Assembly: GCA_964016885.1 (NCBI GenBank)
Contig: OZ024741.1
Span: forward strand, 254,138,001 to 254,202,000
Source: Eledone cirrhosa
Lineage: Eukaryota
Reading direction: 5' to 3'
Length of the DNA stretch: 64,000 nucleotides
Part shown: positions 39,162-52,710 of the stretch, one piece after another
Layout: the number at the start of each line of letters is the position of its first letter
How positions within the stretch are numbered: position 1 is the first letter of the stretch
The notes under the pieces: generated by a model
Told to the model about the DNA's origin: nothing
Seen by the model: the letters and a program-made list of their open reading frames with translations, nothing else
The model's database searches: none
Made by a program: the position numbers and the translations under genes

Positions 39162-40094
39162 CTAGAAAGATAGAAATAAATTAAAAACATTTAAAATCTT
39201 TTTGATACCAACCTACTCCAAACTTCTCTATCAAACAAAACCACCCATTTTAAGGGATTCCTATTTAAATGAAGACTTTCAGACATAATTATATATATGA
39301 ACATCCTCCTCCTCCTCATCATCATTTTATGTCTGCTTTTCCCTTCTTGCAAAGGTGGGAGGGGTCCTCTTCAGCACAGCATATCTCCATTTGTCACGGT
39401 CCTTTTTCATGTCCTCTGTGAGCTTCAGTGATCTGAGTTCAGCTCACACCACCTCCGCCCATGTTTTCTGTGGTCTTCCTCTACTGCATCTTCCCTCCAC
39501 TGGGATTACTTAGCAAATATATTATATTACAAATACTATCTAAATAAAATTATAATTTTATCAAATCCTTTACTAATTCTTCATTAATTAATCAAAATAC
39601 AAGAAAAAAATATAAAAAATGGCAGCTTAAGAATGACAAAAAATATACAGCCTCAAATTAGTTTTATCATTTAATCTTTTGATGAAGGGATTTTATCCTG
39701 AAATATAAGGATATATAAAAGAAAATGCAAGGTAACACCCCAATATCTTTATTGTCATCATATTTTTAACATTTACCAACAAATTTACATTGTGGTAGCT
39801 TTCTAATAAATCATTATTTTTAACAAAGTATTTCATTATAAATCTTTGTGTAACCCTAAATCTCAGCTTAGTGTATCCCTGATATTAGCTCAAAGTAAAC
39901 CCTAATGCTAACAGGTAAATCTACATTTTCAGACATACACAAAAAACAGATAAACACAGACACACACTCACACATACACATATATGTGTGCTGAGGGGGA
40001 ATATCAGGTGTGGTGGTGGTGAATCTCGGGAAGTATGGAAGACACAAACAGAGAGATAGAGAGAGTGAAAGTGAGAGAAAGGTGGGAGAGAGAG

Positions 40095-41205
40095 ACAGAC
40101 AGATAGACAGGCTGACAGATAGACAGGCTGAGAGATAGACAGGCTGACAGATAGACAGGCTGACAGATAGACATGCTGACAGATAGACAAGCTGACAGAT
40201 AGACAGGCTGAGAGATAGACAGGCTGTCAGATAGACAGGTTGACAGATAGACAGGCTGATAGATAGACAGACTGACAGATAGACAGGCTGTCAGATAGAC
40301 AGGTTGACAGATAGACAGGCTGACAGATAGACAGGCTGAGAGATAGACAGGCTGTCAGATAGACAGGTTGACAGATAGACAGGCTGTCAGATAGACAGGT
40401 TGACAGACAGGTTGACAGATAGACAGGCTGAGAGATAGACAGGCTGACATATAGACAGGCTGAGAGATAGACAGGCTGACAGATAGACAGGCTGATAGAT
40501 AGACAGGCTGACAGATAGACAGGCTGACAGACAGGTTGACAGATAGACAGGCTGAGAGATAGACAGGCTGACAGATAGACAGGCTGAGAGATAGACAGGC
40601 TGTCAGATAGACAGACTGACAGATAGACAAGCTGACAGATAGGCAGGCTGAGAGATAGACAGGCTGTCAGATAGACAGGCTGTCAGATAGACAGGCTGTC
40701 AGATAGACAGGCTGACAGATAGACAGGCTGACAGATAGACAGACTGACAGATAGACAGGCTGTCAGATAGACAGGCTGTCAGATAGACAGGCTGTCAGAT
40801 AGACAGGCTGACAGATAGACAGGCTGTCAGATAGACAGGCTGTCAGATAGACAGGCTGACAGATAGACAGGCTGAGAGATAGACAGGCTGTCAGATAGAC
40901 AGACTGACAGATAGACAGGCTGAGAGATAGACAGGCTGTCAGATAGACAGGCTGTCAGATAGACAGGCTGTCAGATAGACAGGCTGACAGATAGACAGGC
41001 TGACAGATATACATGTTGACAGATAGACAGGCTGACAGATAGACAGGCTGTGAGATAGACAGGCTGTGAGATAGACAGGCTGAGAGATAGACAGGCTGAG
41101 AGATAGACAGGCTGTCAGATAGACAGGCTGACAGATAGACAGGCTGAGAGATAGACAGGCTGACAGATAGACAGGCTGAGAGATAGACAAGTTGAGAGAT
41201 AGACA
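40095..41205. repeat. 16-bp minisatellite (GACAGGCTGACAGATA)n
   Basis: Direct reading; variants GTCAG/GACAG/GAGAG. Confidence 0.95.
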
Positions 41206-41334
41206 GGCAGAGAGAGAGTCAGACAGAGACAGGCTAACAGACAGATAAATAGACAGAGAGACAGATAGGAAGACAAACCGATAGACATACACACAGACAG
41301 ACAGACATGCAGATTGACAGGCTAACAGAAAGAT

Positions 41335-41618
41335 AGACAAACAGAGCGGCAGATGGGCTGACAGATAGACAGGTAGTGAGATAGAGAGACAGACAGACTG
41401 ACAGACAGACAGGCAGGCAAATAGACAGAGAGACAGATGGGCTGACAGATAGACAGGTAGTGAGATAGAGAGACAGACAGGCAGGCAGGCAGGCAAATAG
41501 ACAGAGAGACAGATGGGCTGACAGATAGACAGGTAGTGAGATAGAGAGACAGACAGACAGACAGGCAGGCAAATAGACAGAGAGACAGATGGGCTGACAG
41601 ATAGACAGGTAGTGAGAT

Positions 41619-41651
<33 letters not shown>

Positions 41652-44600
41652 GGCAAATAGACAGAGAGACAGATGGGCTGACAGATAGACAGGTAGTGAG
41701 ATAGAGAGACAGACAGGCAGGCAGGCAGGCAAATAGACAGAGAGACAGATGGGCTGACAGATAGACAGGTAGTGAGATAGAGAGACAGACAGACTGACAG
41801 GCAGGCAAATAGACAGAGAGACAGATGGGCTGACAGATAGAACAGGTAGTGAGATAGAGAGACAGACAGACTGACAGACAGGCAGGCAAATAGACAGAGA
41901 GACAGATGGGCTGACAGATAGACAGGTAGTGAGATAGAGAGACAGACAGGCAGGCAGGCAGGCAAATAGACAGAGAGACAGATGGGCTGACAGATAGACA
42001 GGTAGTGAGATAGAGAGACAGACAGACTGACAGGCAGGCAGGCAAATAGACAGAGAGACAGATGGGCTGACAGATAGACAGGTAGTGAGATAGAGAGACA
42101 GACAGACTGACAGGCAGGCAGGCAAATAGACAGAGAGACAGATGGGCTGACAGATAGACAGGTAGTGAGATAGAGAGACAGACAGACTGACAGACAGGCA
42201 GGCAAATAGACAGAGAGACAGATGGGCTGACAGATAGACAGGTAGTGAGATAGAGAGACAGACAGGCAGGCAGGCAGGCAAATAGACAGAGAGACAGATG
42301 GGCTGACAGAGAGACAGATGGGCTGACAGATAGACAGGTAGTGAGATAGAGAGACAGACAGACTGACAGGCAGGCAAATAGACAGAGAGACAGATGGGCT
42401 GACAGATAGACAGGTAGTGAGATAGAGAGACAGACAGACTGACAGACAGGCAGGCAAATAGACAGAGAGACAGATGGGCTGACAGATAGACAGGTAGTGA
42501 GATAGAGAGACAGACAGACTGACAGACAGGCAGGCAAATAGACAGAGAGACAGATGGGCTGACAGATAGACAGGTAGTGAGATAGAGAGACAGACAGACT
42601 GACAGGCAGGCAAATAGACAGAGAGACAGATGGGCTGACAGATAGACAGGTAGTGAGATAGAGAGACAGACAGACTGACAGACAGACAGGCAGGCAAATA
42701 GACAGAGAGACAGATGGGCTGACAGATAGACAGGTAGTGAGATAGAGAGACAGACAGGCAGGCAGGCAGGCAAATAGACAGAGGGCTGACAGATAGACAG
42801 GTAGTGAGATAGAGAGACAGACAGACTGACAGGCAGGCAGGCAAATAGACAGAGAGACAGATGGGCTGACAGATAGACAGGTAGTGAGATAGAGAGACAG
42901 ACAGACTGACAGACAGACAGGCAGGCAAATAGACAGAGAGACAGATGGGCTGACAGATAGACAGGTAGTGAGATAGAGAGACAGACAGGCAGGCAGGCAG
43001 GCAAATAGACAGAGAGACAGATGGGCTGACAGATAGACAGGTAGTGAGATAGAGAGACAGACAGACTGACAGGCAGGCAAATAGACAGAGAGACAGATGG
43101 GCTGACAGATAGACAGGTAGTGAGATAGAGAGACAGACAGACTGACAGGCAGGCAAATAGACAGAGAGACAGATGGGCTGACAGATAGACAGGTAGTGAG
43201 ATAGAGAGACAGACAGACTGACAGGCAGGCAGGCAAATAGACAGAGAGACAGATGGGCTGACAGATAGACAGGTAGTGAGATAGAGAGACAGACAGACTG
43301 ACAGGCAGGCAAATAGACAGAGAGACAGATGGGCTGACAGATAGACAGGTAGTGAGATAGAGAGACAGACAGACTGACAGGCAGGCAGGCAAATAGACAG
43401 AGAGACAGATGGGCTGACAGATAGACAGGTAGTGAGATAGAGAGACAGACAGACTGACAGGCAGGCAAATAGACAGAGAGACAGATGGGCTGACAGATAG
43501 ACAGGTAGTGAGATAGAGAGACAGACAGACTGACAGGCAGGCAGGCAAATAGACAGAGAGACAGATGGGCTGACAGATAGACAGGTAGTGAGATAGAGAG
43601 ACAGACAGACTGACAGGCAGGCAAATAGACAGAGAGACAGATGGGCTGACAGATAGACAGGTAGTGAAATAGAGAGACAGACAGACTGACAGGCAGGCAA
43701 ATAGACAGAGAGACAGATGGGCTGACAGATAGACAGGTAGTGAGATAGAGAGACAGACAGACTGACAGGCAGGCAGGCAAATAGACAGAGAGACAGATGG
43801 GCTGACAGATAGACAGGTAGTGAGATAGAGAGACAGACAGACTGACAGGCAGGCAGGCAAATAGACAGAGAGACAGATGGGCTGACAGATAGACAGGTAG
43901 TGAGATAGAGAGACAGACAGACTGACAGGCAGGCAGGCAAATAGACAGAGAGACAGATGGGCTGACAGATAGACAGGTAGTGAGATAGAGAGACAGACAG
44001 ACTGACAGGCAGGCAAATAGACAGAGAGACAGATGGGCTGACAGATAGACAGGTAGTGAGATAGAGAGACAGACAGACAGGCAGGCAAATAGACAGAGCG
44101 GCAGATGGGCTGACAGATAGACAGGTAGTGAGATAGAGAGACAGACAGGCAGGCAGGCAGGCAGGCAAATAGACAGAGAGACAGATGGGCTGACAGATAG
44201 ACAGGTAGTGAGATAGAGAGACAGACAGACTGACAGACAGGCAGGCAAATAGACAGAGAGACAGATGGGCTGACAGATAGACAGGTAGTGAGATAGAGAG
44301 ACAGACAGACTGACAGACAGGCAGGCAAATAGACAGAGAGACAGATGGGCTGACAGATAGACAGGTAGTGAGATAGAGAGACAGACAGACTGACAGACAG
44401 GCAGGCAAATAGACAGAGAGACAGATGGGCTGACAGATAGACAGGTAGTGAGATAGAGAGACAGACAGACTGACAGACAGGCAGGCAAATAGACAGAGAG
44501 ACAGATGGGCTGACAGATAGACAGGTAGTGAGATAGAGAGACAGACAGACAGGCAGGCAAATAGACAGAGCGGCAGATGGGCTGACAGATAGACAGGTAG

Positions 44601-47600
44601 TGAGATAGAGAGACAGACAGACTGACAGGCAGGCAGGCAAATAGACAGAGAGACAGATGGGCTGACAGATAGACAGGTAGTGAGATAGAGAGACAGACAG
44701 ACAGGCAGGCAAATAGACAGAGCGGCAGATGGGCTGACAGATAGACAGGTAGTGAGATAGAGAGACAGACAGACAGGCAGGCAAATAGACAGAGAGACAG
44801 ATGGGCTGACAGATAGACAGGTAGTGAGATAGAGAGACAGACTGACAGACAGGCAGGCAAATAGACAGAGAGACAGATGGGCTGACAGATAGACAGGTAG
44901 TGAGATAGAGAGACAGACAGACTGACAGGCAGGCAAATAGACAGAGAGACAGATGGGCTGACAGATAGACAGGTAGTGAGATAGAGAGACAGACAGACTG
45001 ACAGGCAGGCAGGCAAATAGACAGAGAGACAGATGGGCTGACAGATAGACAGGTAGTGAGATAGAGAGACAGACAGACTGACAGGCAGGCAAATAGACAG
45101 AGAGACAGATGGGCTGACAGATAGACAGGTAGTGAGATAGAGAGACAGACAGACAGGCAGGCAAATAGACAGAGCGGCAGATGGGCTGACAGATAGACAG
45201 GTAGTGAGATAGAGAGACAGACAGACTGACAGGCAGGCAGGCAAATAGACAGAGAGACAGATGGGCTGACAGATAGACAGGTAGTGAGATAGAGAGACAG
45301 ACAGACTGACAGGCAGGCAGGCAAATAGACAGAGAGACAGATGGGCTGACAGATAGACAGGTAGTGAGATAGAGAGACAGACAGACTGACAGGCAGGCAA
45401 ATAGACAGAGAGACAGATGGGCTGACAGATAGACAGGTAGTGAGATAGAGAGACAGACAGACAGACAGACAGGCAAATAGACAGAGAGACAGATGGGCTG
45501 ACAGATAGACAGGTAGTGAGATAGAGAGACAGACAGACAGGCAGGCAAATAGACAGAGCGGCAGATGGGCTGACAGATAGACAGGTAGTGAGATAGAGAG
45601 ACAGACAGACTGACAGACAGGCAGGCAAATAGACAGAGCGACAGATGGGCTGACAGATAGACAGGTAGTGAGATAGAGAGACAGACAGACTGACAGGCAG
45701 GCAGGCAAATAGACAGAGAGACAGATGGGCTGACAGATAGACAGGTAGTGAGATAGAGAGACAGACAGACTGACAGGCAGGCAAATAGACAGAGAGACAG
45801 ATGGGCTGACAGATAGACAGGTAGTGAGATAGAGAGACAGACAGACTGACAGGCAGGCAGGCAAATAGACAGAGAGACAGATGGGCTGACAGATAGACAG
45901 GTAGTGAGATAGAGAGACAGACAGACTGACAGGCAGGCAAATAGACAGAGAGACAGATGGGCTGACAGATAGACAGGTAGTGAGATAGAGAGACAGACAG
46001 ACTGACAGGCAGGCAGGCAAATAGACAGAGAGACAGATGGGCTGACAGATAGACAGGTAGTGAGATAGAGAGACAGACAGGCAGGCAGGCAGGCAAATAG
46101 ACAGAGAGACAGATGGGCTGACAGATAGACAGGTAGTGAGATAGAGAGACAGACAGACTGACAGGCAGGCAGGCAAATAGACAGAGAGACAGATGGGCTG
46201 ACAGATAGACAGGTAGTGAGATAGAGAGACAGACAGACTGACAGGCAGGCAGGCAAATAGACAGAGAGACAGATGGGCTGACAGATAGACAGGTAGTGAG
46301 ATAGAGAGACAGACAGACTGACAGGCAGGCAAATAGACAGAGAGACAGATGGGCTGACAGATAGACAGGTAGTGAGATAGAGAGACAGACAGACAGGCAG
46401 GCAGGCAAATAGACAGAGAGACAGATGGGCTGACAGATAGACAGGTAGTGAGATAGAGAGACAGACAGACAGGCAGGCAAATAGACAGAGCGGCAGATGG
46501 GCTGACAGATAGACAGGTAGTGAGATAGAGAGACAGACAGACTGACAGGCAGGCAAATAGACAGAGAGACAGATGGGCTGACAGATAGACAGGTAGTGAG
46601 ATAGAGAGACAGACAGACAGGCAGGCAGGCAAATAGACAGAGAGACAGATGGGCTGACAGATAGACAGGTAGTGAGATAGAGAGACAGACAGACAGGCAG
46701 GTAAATAGACAGAGCGGCAGATGGGCTGACAGATAGACAGGTAGTGAGATAGAGAGACAGACAGACTGACAGGCAGGCAAATAGACAGAGAGACAGATGG
46801 GCTGACAGATAGACAGGTAGTGAGATAGAGAGACAGACAGACTGACAGGCAGGCAGGCAAATAGACAGAGAGACAGATGGGCTGACAGATAGACAGGTAG
46901 TGAGATAGAGAGACAGACAGACTGACAGGCAGGCAAATAGACAGAGAGACAGATGGGCTGACAGATAGACAGGTAGTGAGATAGAGAGACAGACAGACAG
47001 GCAGGCAGGCAAATAGACAGAGAGACAGATGGGCTGACAGATAGACAGGTAGTGAGATAGAGAGACAGACAGACAGGCAGGCAAATAGACAGAGCGGCAG
47101 ATGGGCTGACAGATAGACAGGTAGTGAGATAGAGAGACAGACAGACTGACAGGCAGGCAAATAGACAGAGAGACAGATGGGCTGACAGATAGACAGGTAG
47201 TGAGATAGAGAGACAGACAGACTGACAGACAGACAGGCAGGCAAATAGACAGAGAGACAGATGGGCTGACAGATAGACAGGTAGTGAGATAGAGAGACAG
47301 ACAGACTGACAGGCAGGCAAATAGACAGAGAGACAGATGGGCTGACAGATAGACAGGTAGTGAGATAGAGAGACAGACAGACTGACAGGCAGGCAAATAG
47401 ACAGAGAGACAGATGGGCTGACAGATAGACAGGTAGTGAGATAGAGAGACAGACAGACTGACCGGCAGGCAAATAGACAGAGAGACAGATGGGCTGACAG
47501 ATAGACAGGTAGTGAGATAGAGAGACAGACAGGCAGGCAGGCAGGCAAATAGACAGAGAGACAGATGGGCTGACAGATAGACAGGTAGTGAGATAGAGAG

Positions 47601-50600
47601 ACAGACAGACTGACAGGCAGGCAAATAGACAGAGAGACAGATGGGCTGACAGATAGACAGGTAGTGAGATAGAGAGACAGACAGACTGACCGGCAGGCAA
47701 ATAGACAGAGAGACAGATGGGCTGACAGATAGACAGGTAGTGAGATAGAGAGACAGACAGGCAGGCAGGCAGGCAAATAGACAGAGAGACAGATGGGCTG
47801 ACAGATAGACAGGTAGTGAGATAGAGAGACAGACAGACTGACAGGCAGGCAAATAGACAGAGAGACAGATGGGCTGACAGATAGACAGGTAGTGAAATAG
47901 AGAGACAGACAGACTGACAGGCAGGCAAATAGACAGAGAGACAGATGGGCTGACAGATAGACAGGTAGTGAGATAGAGAGACAGACAGACTGACCGGCAG
48001 GCAAATAGACAGAGAGACAGATGGGCTGACAGATAGACAGGTAGTGAGATAGAGAGACAGACAGGCAGGCAGGCAGGCAAATAGACAGAGAGACAGATGG
48101 GCTGACAGATAGACAGGTAGTGAGATAGAGAGACAGACAGACTGACAGGCAGGCAAATAGACAGAGAGACAGATGGGCTGACAGATAGACAGGTAGTGAG
48201 ATAGAGAGACAGACAGACTGACCGGCAGGCAAATAGACAGAGAGACAGATGGGCTGACAGATAGACAGGTAGTGAGATAGAGAGACAGACAGGCAGGCAG
48301 GCAGGCAAATAGACAGAGAGACAGATGGGCTGACAGATAGACAGGTAGTGAGATAGAGAGACAGACAGACTGACAGGCAGGCAAATAGACAGAGAGACAG
48401 ATGGGCTGACAGATAGACAGGTAGTGAGATAGAGAGACAGACAGACTGACAGGCAGGCAAATAGACAGAGAGACAGATGGGCTGACAGATAGACAGGTAG
48501 TGAGATAGAGAGACAGACAGACTGACAGGCAGGCAGGCAAATAGACAGAGAGACAGATGGGCTGACAGATAGACAGGTAGTGAGATAGAGAGACAGACAG
48601 ACTGACAGCAGGCAAATAGACAGAGAGACAGATGGGCTGACAGATAGACAGGTAGTGAGATAGAGAGACAGACAGACTGACAGAGCAGGCAAATAGACAG
48701 AGAGACAGATGGGCTGACAGATAGACAGGTAGTGAGATAGAGAGACAGACAGACTGACAGGCAGGCAAATAGACAGAGAGACAGATGGGCTGACAGATAG
48801 ACAGGTAGTGAGATAGAGAGACAGACAGACTGACAGGCAGGCAAATAGACAGAGAGACAGATGGGCTGACAGATAGACAGGTAGTGAGATAGAGAGACAG
48901 ACAGACTGACAGGCAGGGCAGGCAAATAGACAGAGAGACAGATGGGCTGACAGATAGACAGGTAGTGAGATAGAGAGACAGACAGACTGACAGGCAGGCA
49001 GGCAAATAGACAGAGAGACAGATGGGCTGACAGATAGACAGGTAGTGAGATAGAGAGACAGACAGACTGACAGGCAGGCAGGCAAATAGACAGAGAGACA
49101 GATGGGCTGACAGATAGACAGGTAGTGAGATAGAGAGACAGACAGACTGACAGGCAGGCAAATAGACAGAGAGACAGATGGGCTGACAGATAGACAGGTA
49201 GTGAGATAGAGAGACAGACAGACAGGCAGGCAAATAGACAGAGCGGCAGATGGGCTGACAGATAGACAGGTAGTGAGATAGAGAGACAGACAGGCATGCA
49301 GGCAGGCAGGCAAATAGACAGAGAGACAGATGGGCTGACAGATAGACAGGTAGTGAGATAGAGAGACACCAGACTGACAGACAGGGCAGGCAAATAGACA
49401 GAGAGACAGATGGGCTGACAGATAGACAGGTAGTGAGATAGAGAGACAGACAGACTGACAGCAGGCAGGCAAATAGACAGAGAGACAGATGGGCTGACAG
49501 ATAGACAGGTAGTGAGATAGAGAGACAGACAGACTGACAGGCAGGCAAATAGACAGAGAGACAGATGGGCTGACAGATAGACAGGTAGTGAGATAGAGAG
49601 ACAGACAGACAGACAGGCAGGCAAATAGACAGAGAGACAGATGGGCTGACAGATAGACAGGTAGTGAGATAGAGAGACAGACAGACTGACAGGCAGGCAA
49701 ATAGACAGAGAGACAGATGGGCTGACAGATAGACAGGTAGTGAGATAGAGAGACAGACAGACTGACAGGCAGGCAGGCAAATAGACAGAGAGACAGATGG
49801 GCTGACAGATAGACAGGTAGTGAGATAGAGAGACAGACAGACTGACAGGCAGGCAGGCAAATAGACAGAGAGACAGATGGGCTGACAGATAGACAGGTAG
49901 TGAGATAGAGAGACAGACAGACTGACAGGCAGGCAAATAGACAGAGAGACAGATGGGCTGACAGATAGACAGGTAGTGAGATAGAGAGACAGACAGACAG
50001 GCAGGCAAATAGACAGAGCGGCAGATGGGCTGACAGATAGACAGGTAGTGAGATAGAGAGACAGACAGACTGACAGGCAGCAGGCAAATAGACAGAGAGA
50101 CAGATGGGCTGACAGATAGACAGGTAGTGAGATAGAGAGACAGACAGACTGACAGGCAGGCAAATAGACAGAGAGACAGATGGCTGACAGATAGACAGGT
50201 AGTGAGATAGAGAGACAGACAGACTGACAGACAGGCAGGGCAAATAGACAGAGAGGACAGATGGGCTGACAGATAGACAGGTAGTGAGATAGAGGAGACA
50301 GACAGACTGACAGGCAGGCAGGCAAATAGACAGAGAGACAGATGGGCTGACAGATAGACAGGTAGTGAGATAGAGAGACAGACAGACTGACAGGCAGGCA
50401 AATAGACAGAGAGACAGATGGCTGACAGATAGACAGGTAGTGAGATAGAGAGACAGACAGACAGGCAGGCAATAGACAGAGCGGGCAGATGGGCTGACAG
50501 ATAGACAGGTAGTGAGATAGAGAGACAGACAGACTGACAGGCAGGCAAATAGACAGAGAGGACAGATGGGCTGACAGATAGACAGGTAGTGAGATAGAGA

Positions 50601-52668
50601 GACAGACAGACAGGCAGGCAGGCAAATAGACAGAGAGACAGATGGGCTGACAGATAGACAGGTAGTGAGATAGAGAGACAGACAGACAGGCAGGGTAAAT
50701 AGACAGAGCGGCAGATGGGCTGACAGATAGACAGGTAGTGAGATAGAGAGACAGACAGACTGACAGGCAGGCAAATAGACAGAGAGACAGATGGGCTGAC
50801 AGATAGACAGGTAGTGAGATAGAGAGACAGACAGACTGACAGGCAGGCAGGCAAATAGACAGAGAGACAGATGGGCTGACAGATAGACAGGTAGTGAGAT
50901 AGAGAGAGACAGACAGACTGACAGGCAGGCAAATAGACAGAGAGGACAGATGGGCTGACAGATAGACAGGTAGTGAGATAGAGAGACAGACAGACTGACA
51001 GGCAGGCAGGCAAATAGACAGAGAGACAGATGGGCTGACAGATAGACAGGTAGTGAGATAGAGAGACAGACAGACTGACAGGCAGGCAGGCAAATAGACA
51101 GAGAGACAGATGGGCTGACAGATAGACAGGTAGTGAGATAGAGAGACAGACAGACTGACAGGCAGGCAAATAGACAGAGAGACAGATGGGCTGACAGATA
51201 GACAGGTAGTGAGATAGAGAGACAGACAGACAGACAGACAGGCAAATAGACAGAGAGACAGATGGGCTGACAGATAGACAGGTAGTGAGATAGAGAGACA
51301 GACAGACTGACAGGCAGGCAAATAGACAGAGAGACAGATGGGCTGACAGATAGACAGGTAGTGAGATAGAGAGACAGACAGACAGACAGACAGGCAAATA
51401 GACAGAGAGACAGATGGGCTGACAGATAGACAGGTAGTGAGATAGAGAGACAGACAGACTGACAGGCAGGCAAATAGACAGAGAGACAGATGGGCTGACA
51501 GATAGACAGGTAGTGAGATAGAGAGACAGACAGACTGACAGGCAGGCAGGCAAATAGACAGAGCGGCAGATGGGCTGACAGATAGACAGGTAGTGAGATA
51601 GAGAGACAGACAGACTGACAGACAGGCAGGCAAATAGACAGAGCGGCAGATGGGCTGACAGATAGACAGGTAGTGAGATAGAGAGACAGACAGACTGACA
51701 GGCAGGCAGGCAAATAGACAGAGAGACAGATGGGCTGACAGATAGACAGGTAGTGAGATAGAGAGACAGACAGACTGACAGGCAGGCAAATAGACAGAGA
51801 GACAGATGGGCTGACAGATAGACAGGTAGTGAGATAGAGAGACAGACAGACTGACAGGCAGGCAGGCAAATAGACAGAGAGACAGATGGGCTGACAGATA
51901 GACAGGTAGTGAGATAGAGAGACAGACAGACTGACAGGCAGGCAGGCAAATAGACAGAGAGACAGATGGGCTGACAGATAGACAGGTAGTGAGATAGAGA
52001 GACAGACAGACTGACAGGCAGGCAGGCAAATAGACAGAGAGACAGATGGGCTGACAGATAGACAGGTAGTGAGATAGAGAGACAGACAGACAGGCAGGCA
52101 AATAGACAGAGCGGCAGATGGGCTGACAGATAGACAGGTAGTGAGATAGAGAGACAGACAGACTGACAGACAGGCAGGCAAATAGACAGAGAGACAGATG
52201 GGCTGACAGATAGACAGGTAGTGAGATAGAGAGACAGACAGACTGACAGGCAGGCAAATAGACAGAGAGACAGATGGGCTGACAGATAGACAGGTAGTGA
52301 GATAGAGAGACAGACAGACTGACAGGCAGGCAGGCAAATAGACAGAGAGACAGATGGGCTGACAGATAGACAGGTAGTGAGATAGAGAGACAGACAGACT
52401 GACAGGCAGGCAGGCAAATAGACAGAGAGACAGATGGGCTGACAGATAGACAGGTAGTGAGATAGAGAGACAGACAGACTGACAGGCAGGCAGGCAAATA
52501 GACAGAGAGACAGATGGGCTGACAGATAGACAGGTAGTGAGATAGAGAGACAGACAGACAGGCAGGCAAATAGACAGAGCGGCAGATGGGCTGACAGATA
52601 GACAGGTAGTGAGATAGAGAGACAGACAGACTGACAGACAGGCAGGCAAATAGACAGAGAGACAGATG
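41335..52668. repeat. Purine-rich satellite, unit about 72-84 bp, roughly 145 units
   Basis: GCAAATAGACAGAGAGACAGATGGGCTGACAGATAGACAGGTAGTGAGATAGAGAGACAGACAGACTGACAGGCAG with variable numbers of GACA/GGCA tetramers. Confidence 0.98.
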
Positions 52669-52695
52669 GATATGTATCAATATATTTATACTTAC

Positions 52696-52710
52696 GAGCA
52701 GCAGAGTGAA
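52696..52710 (-). CDS. Gene B exon 2 (15 nt): (V)HSAA, probable signal-peptidase site VHS|AA
   Basis: ctttattctttccttacAG acceptor, GTAAGT donor, phase 1-1. Confidence 0.8.
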
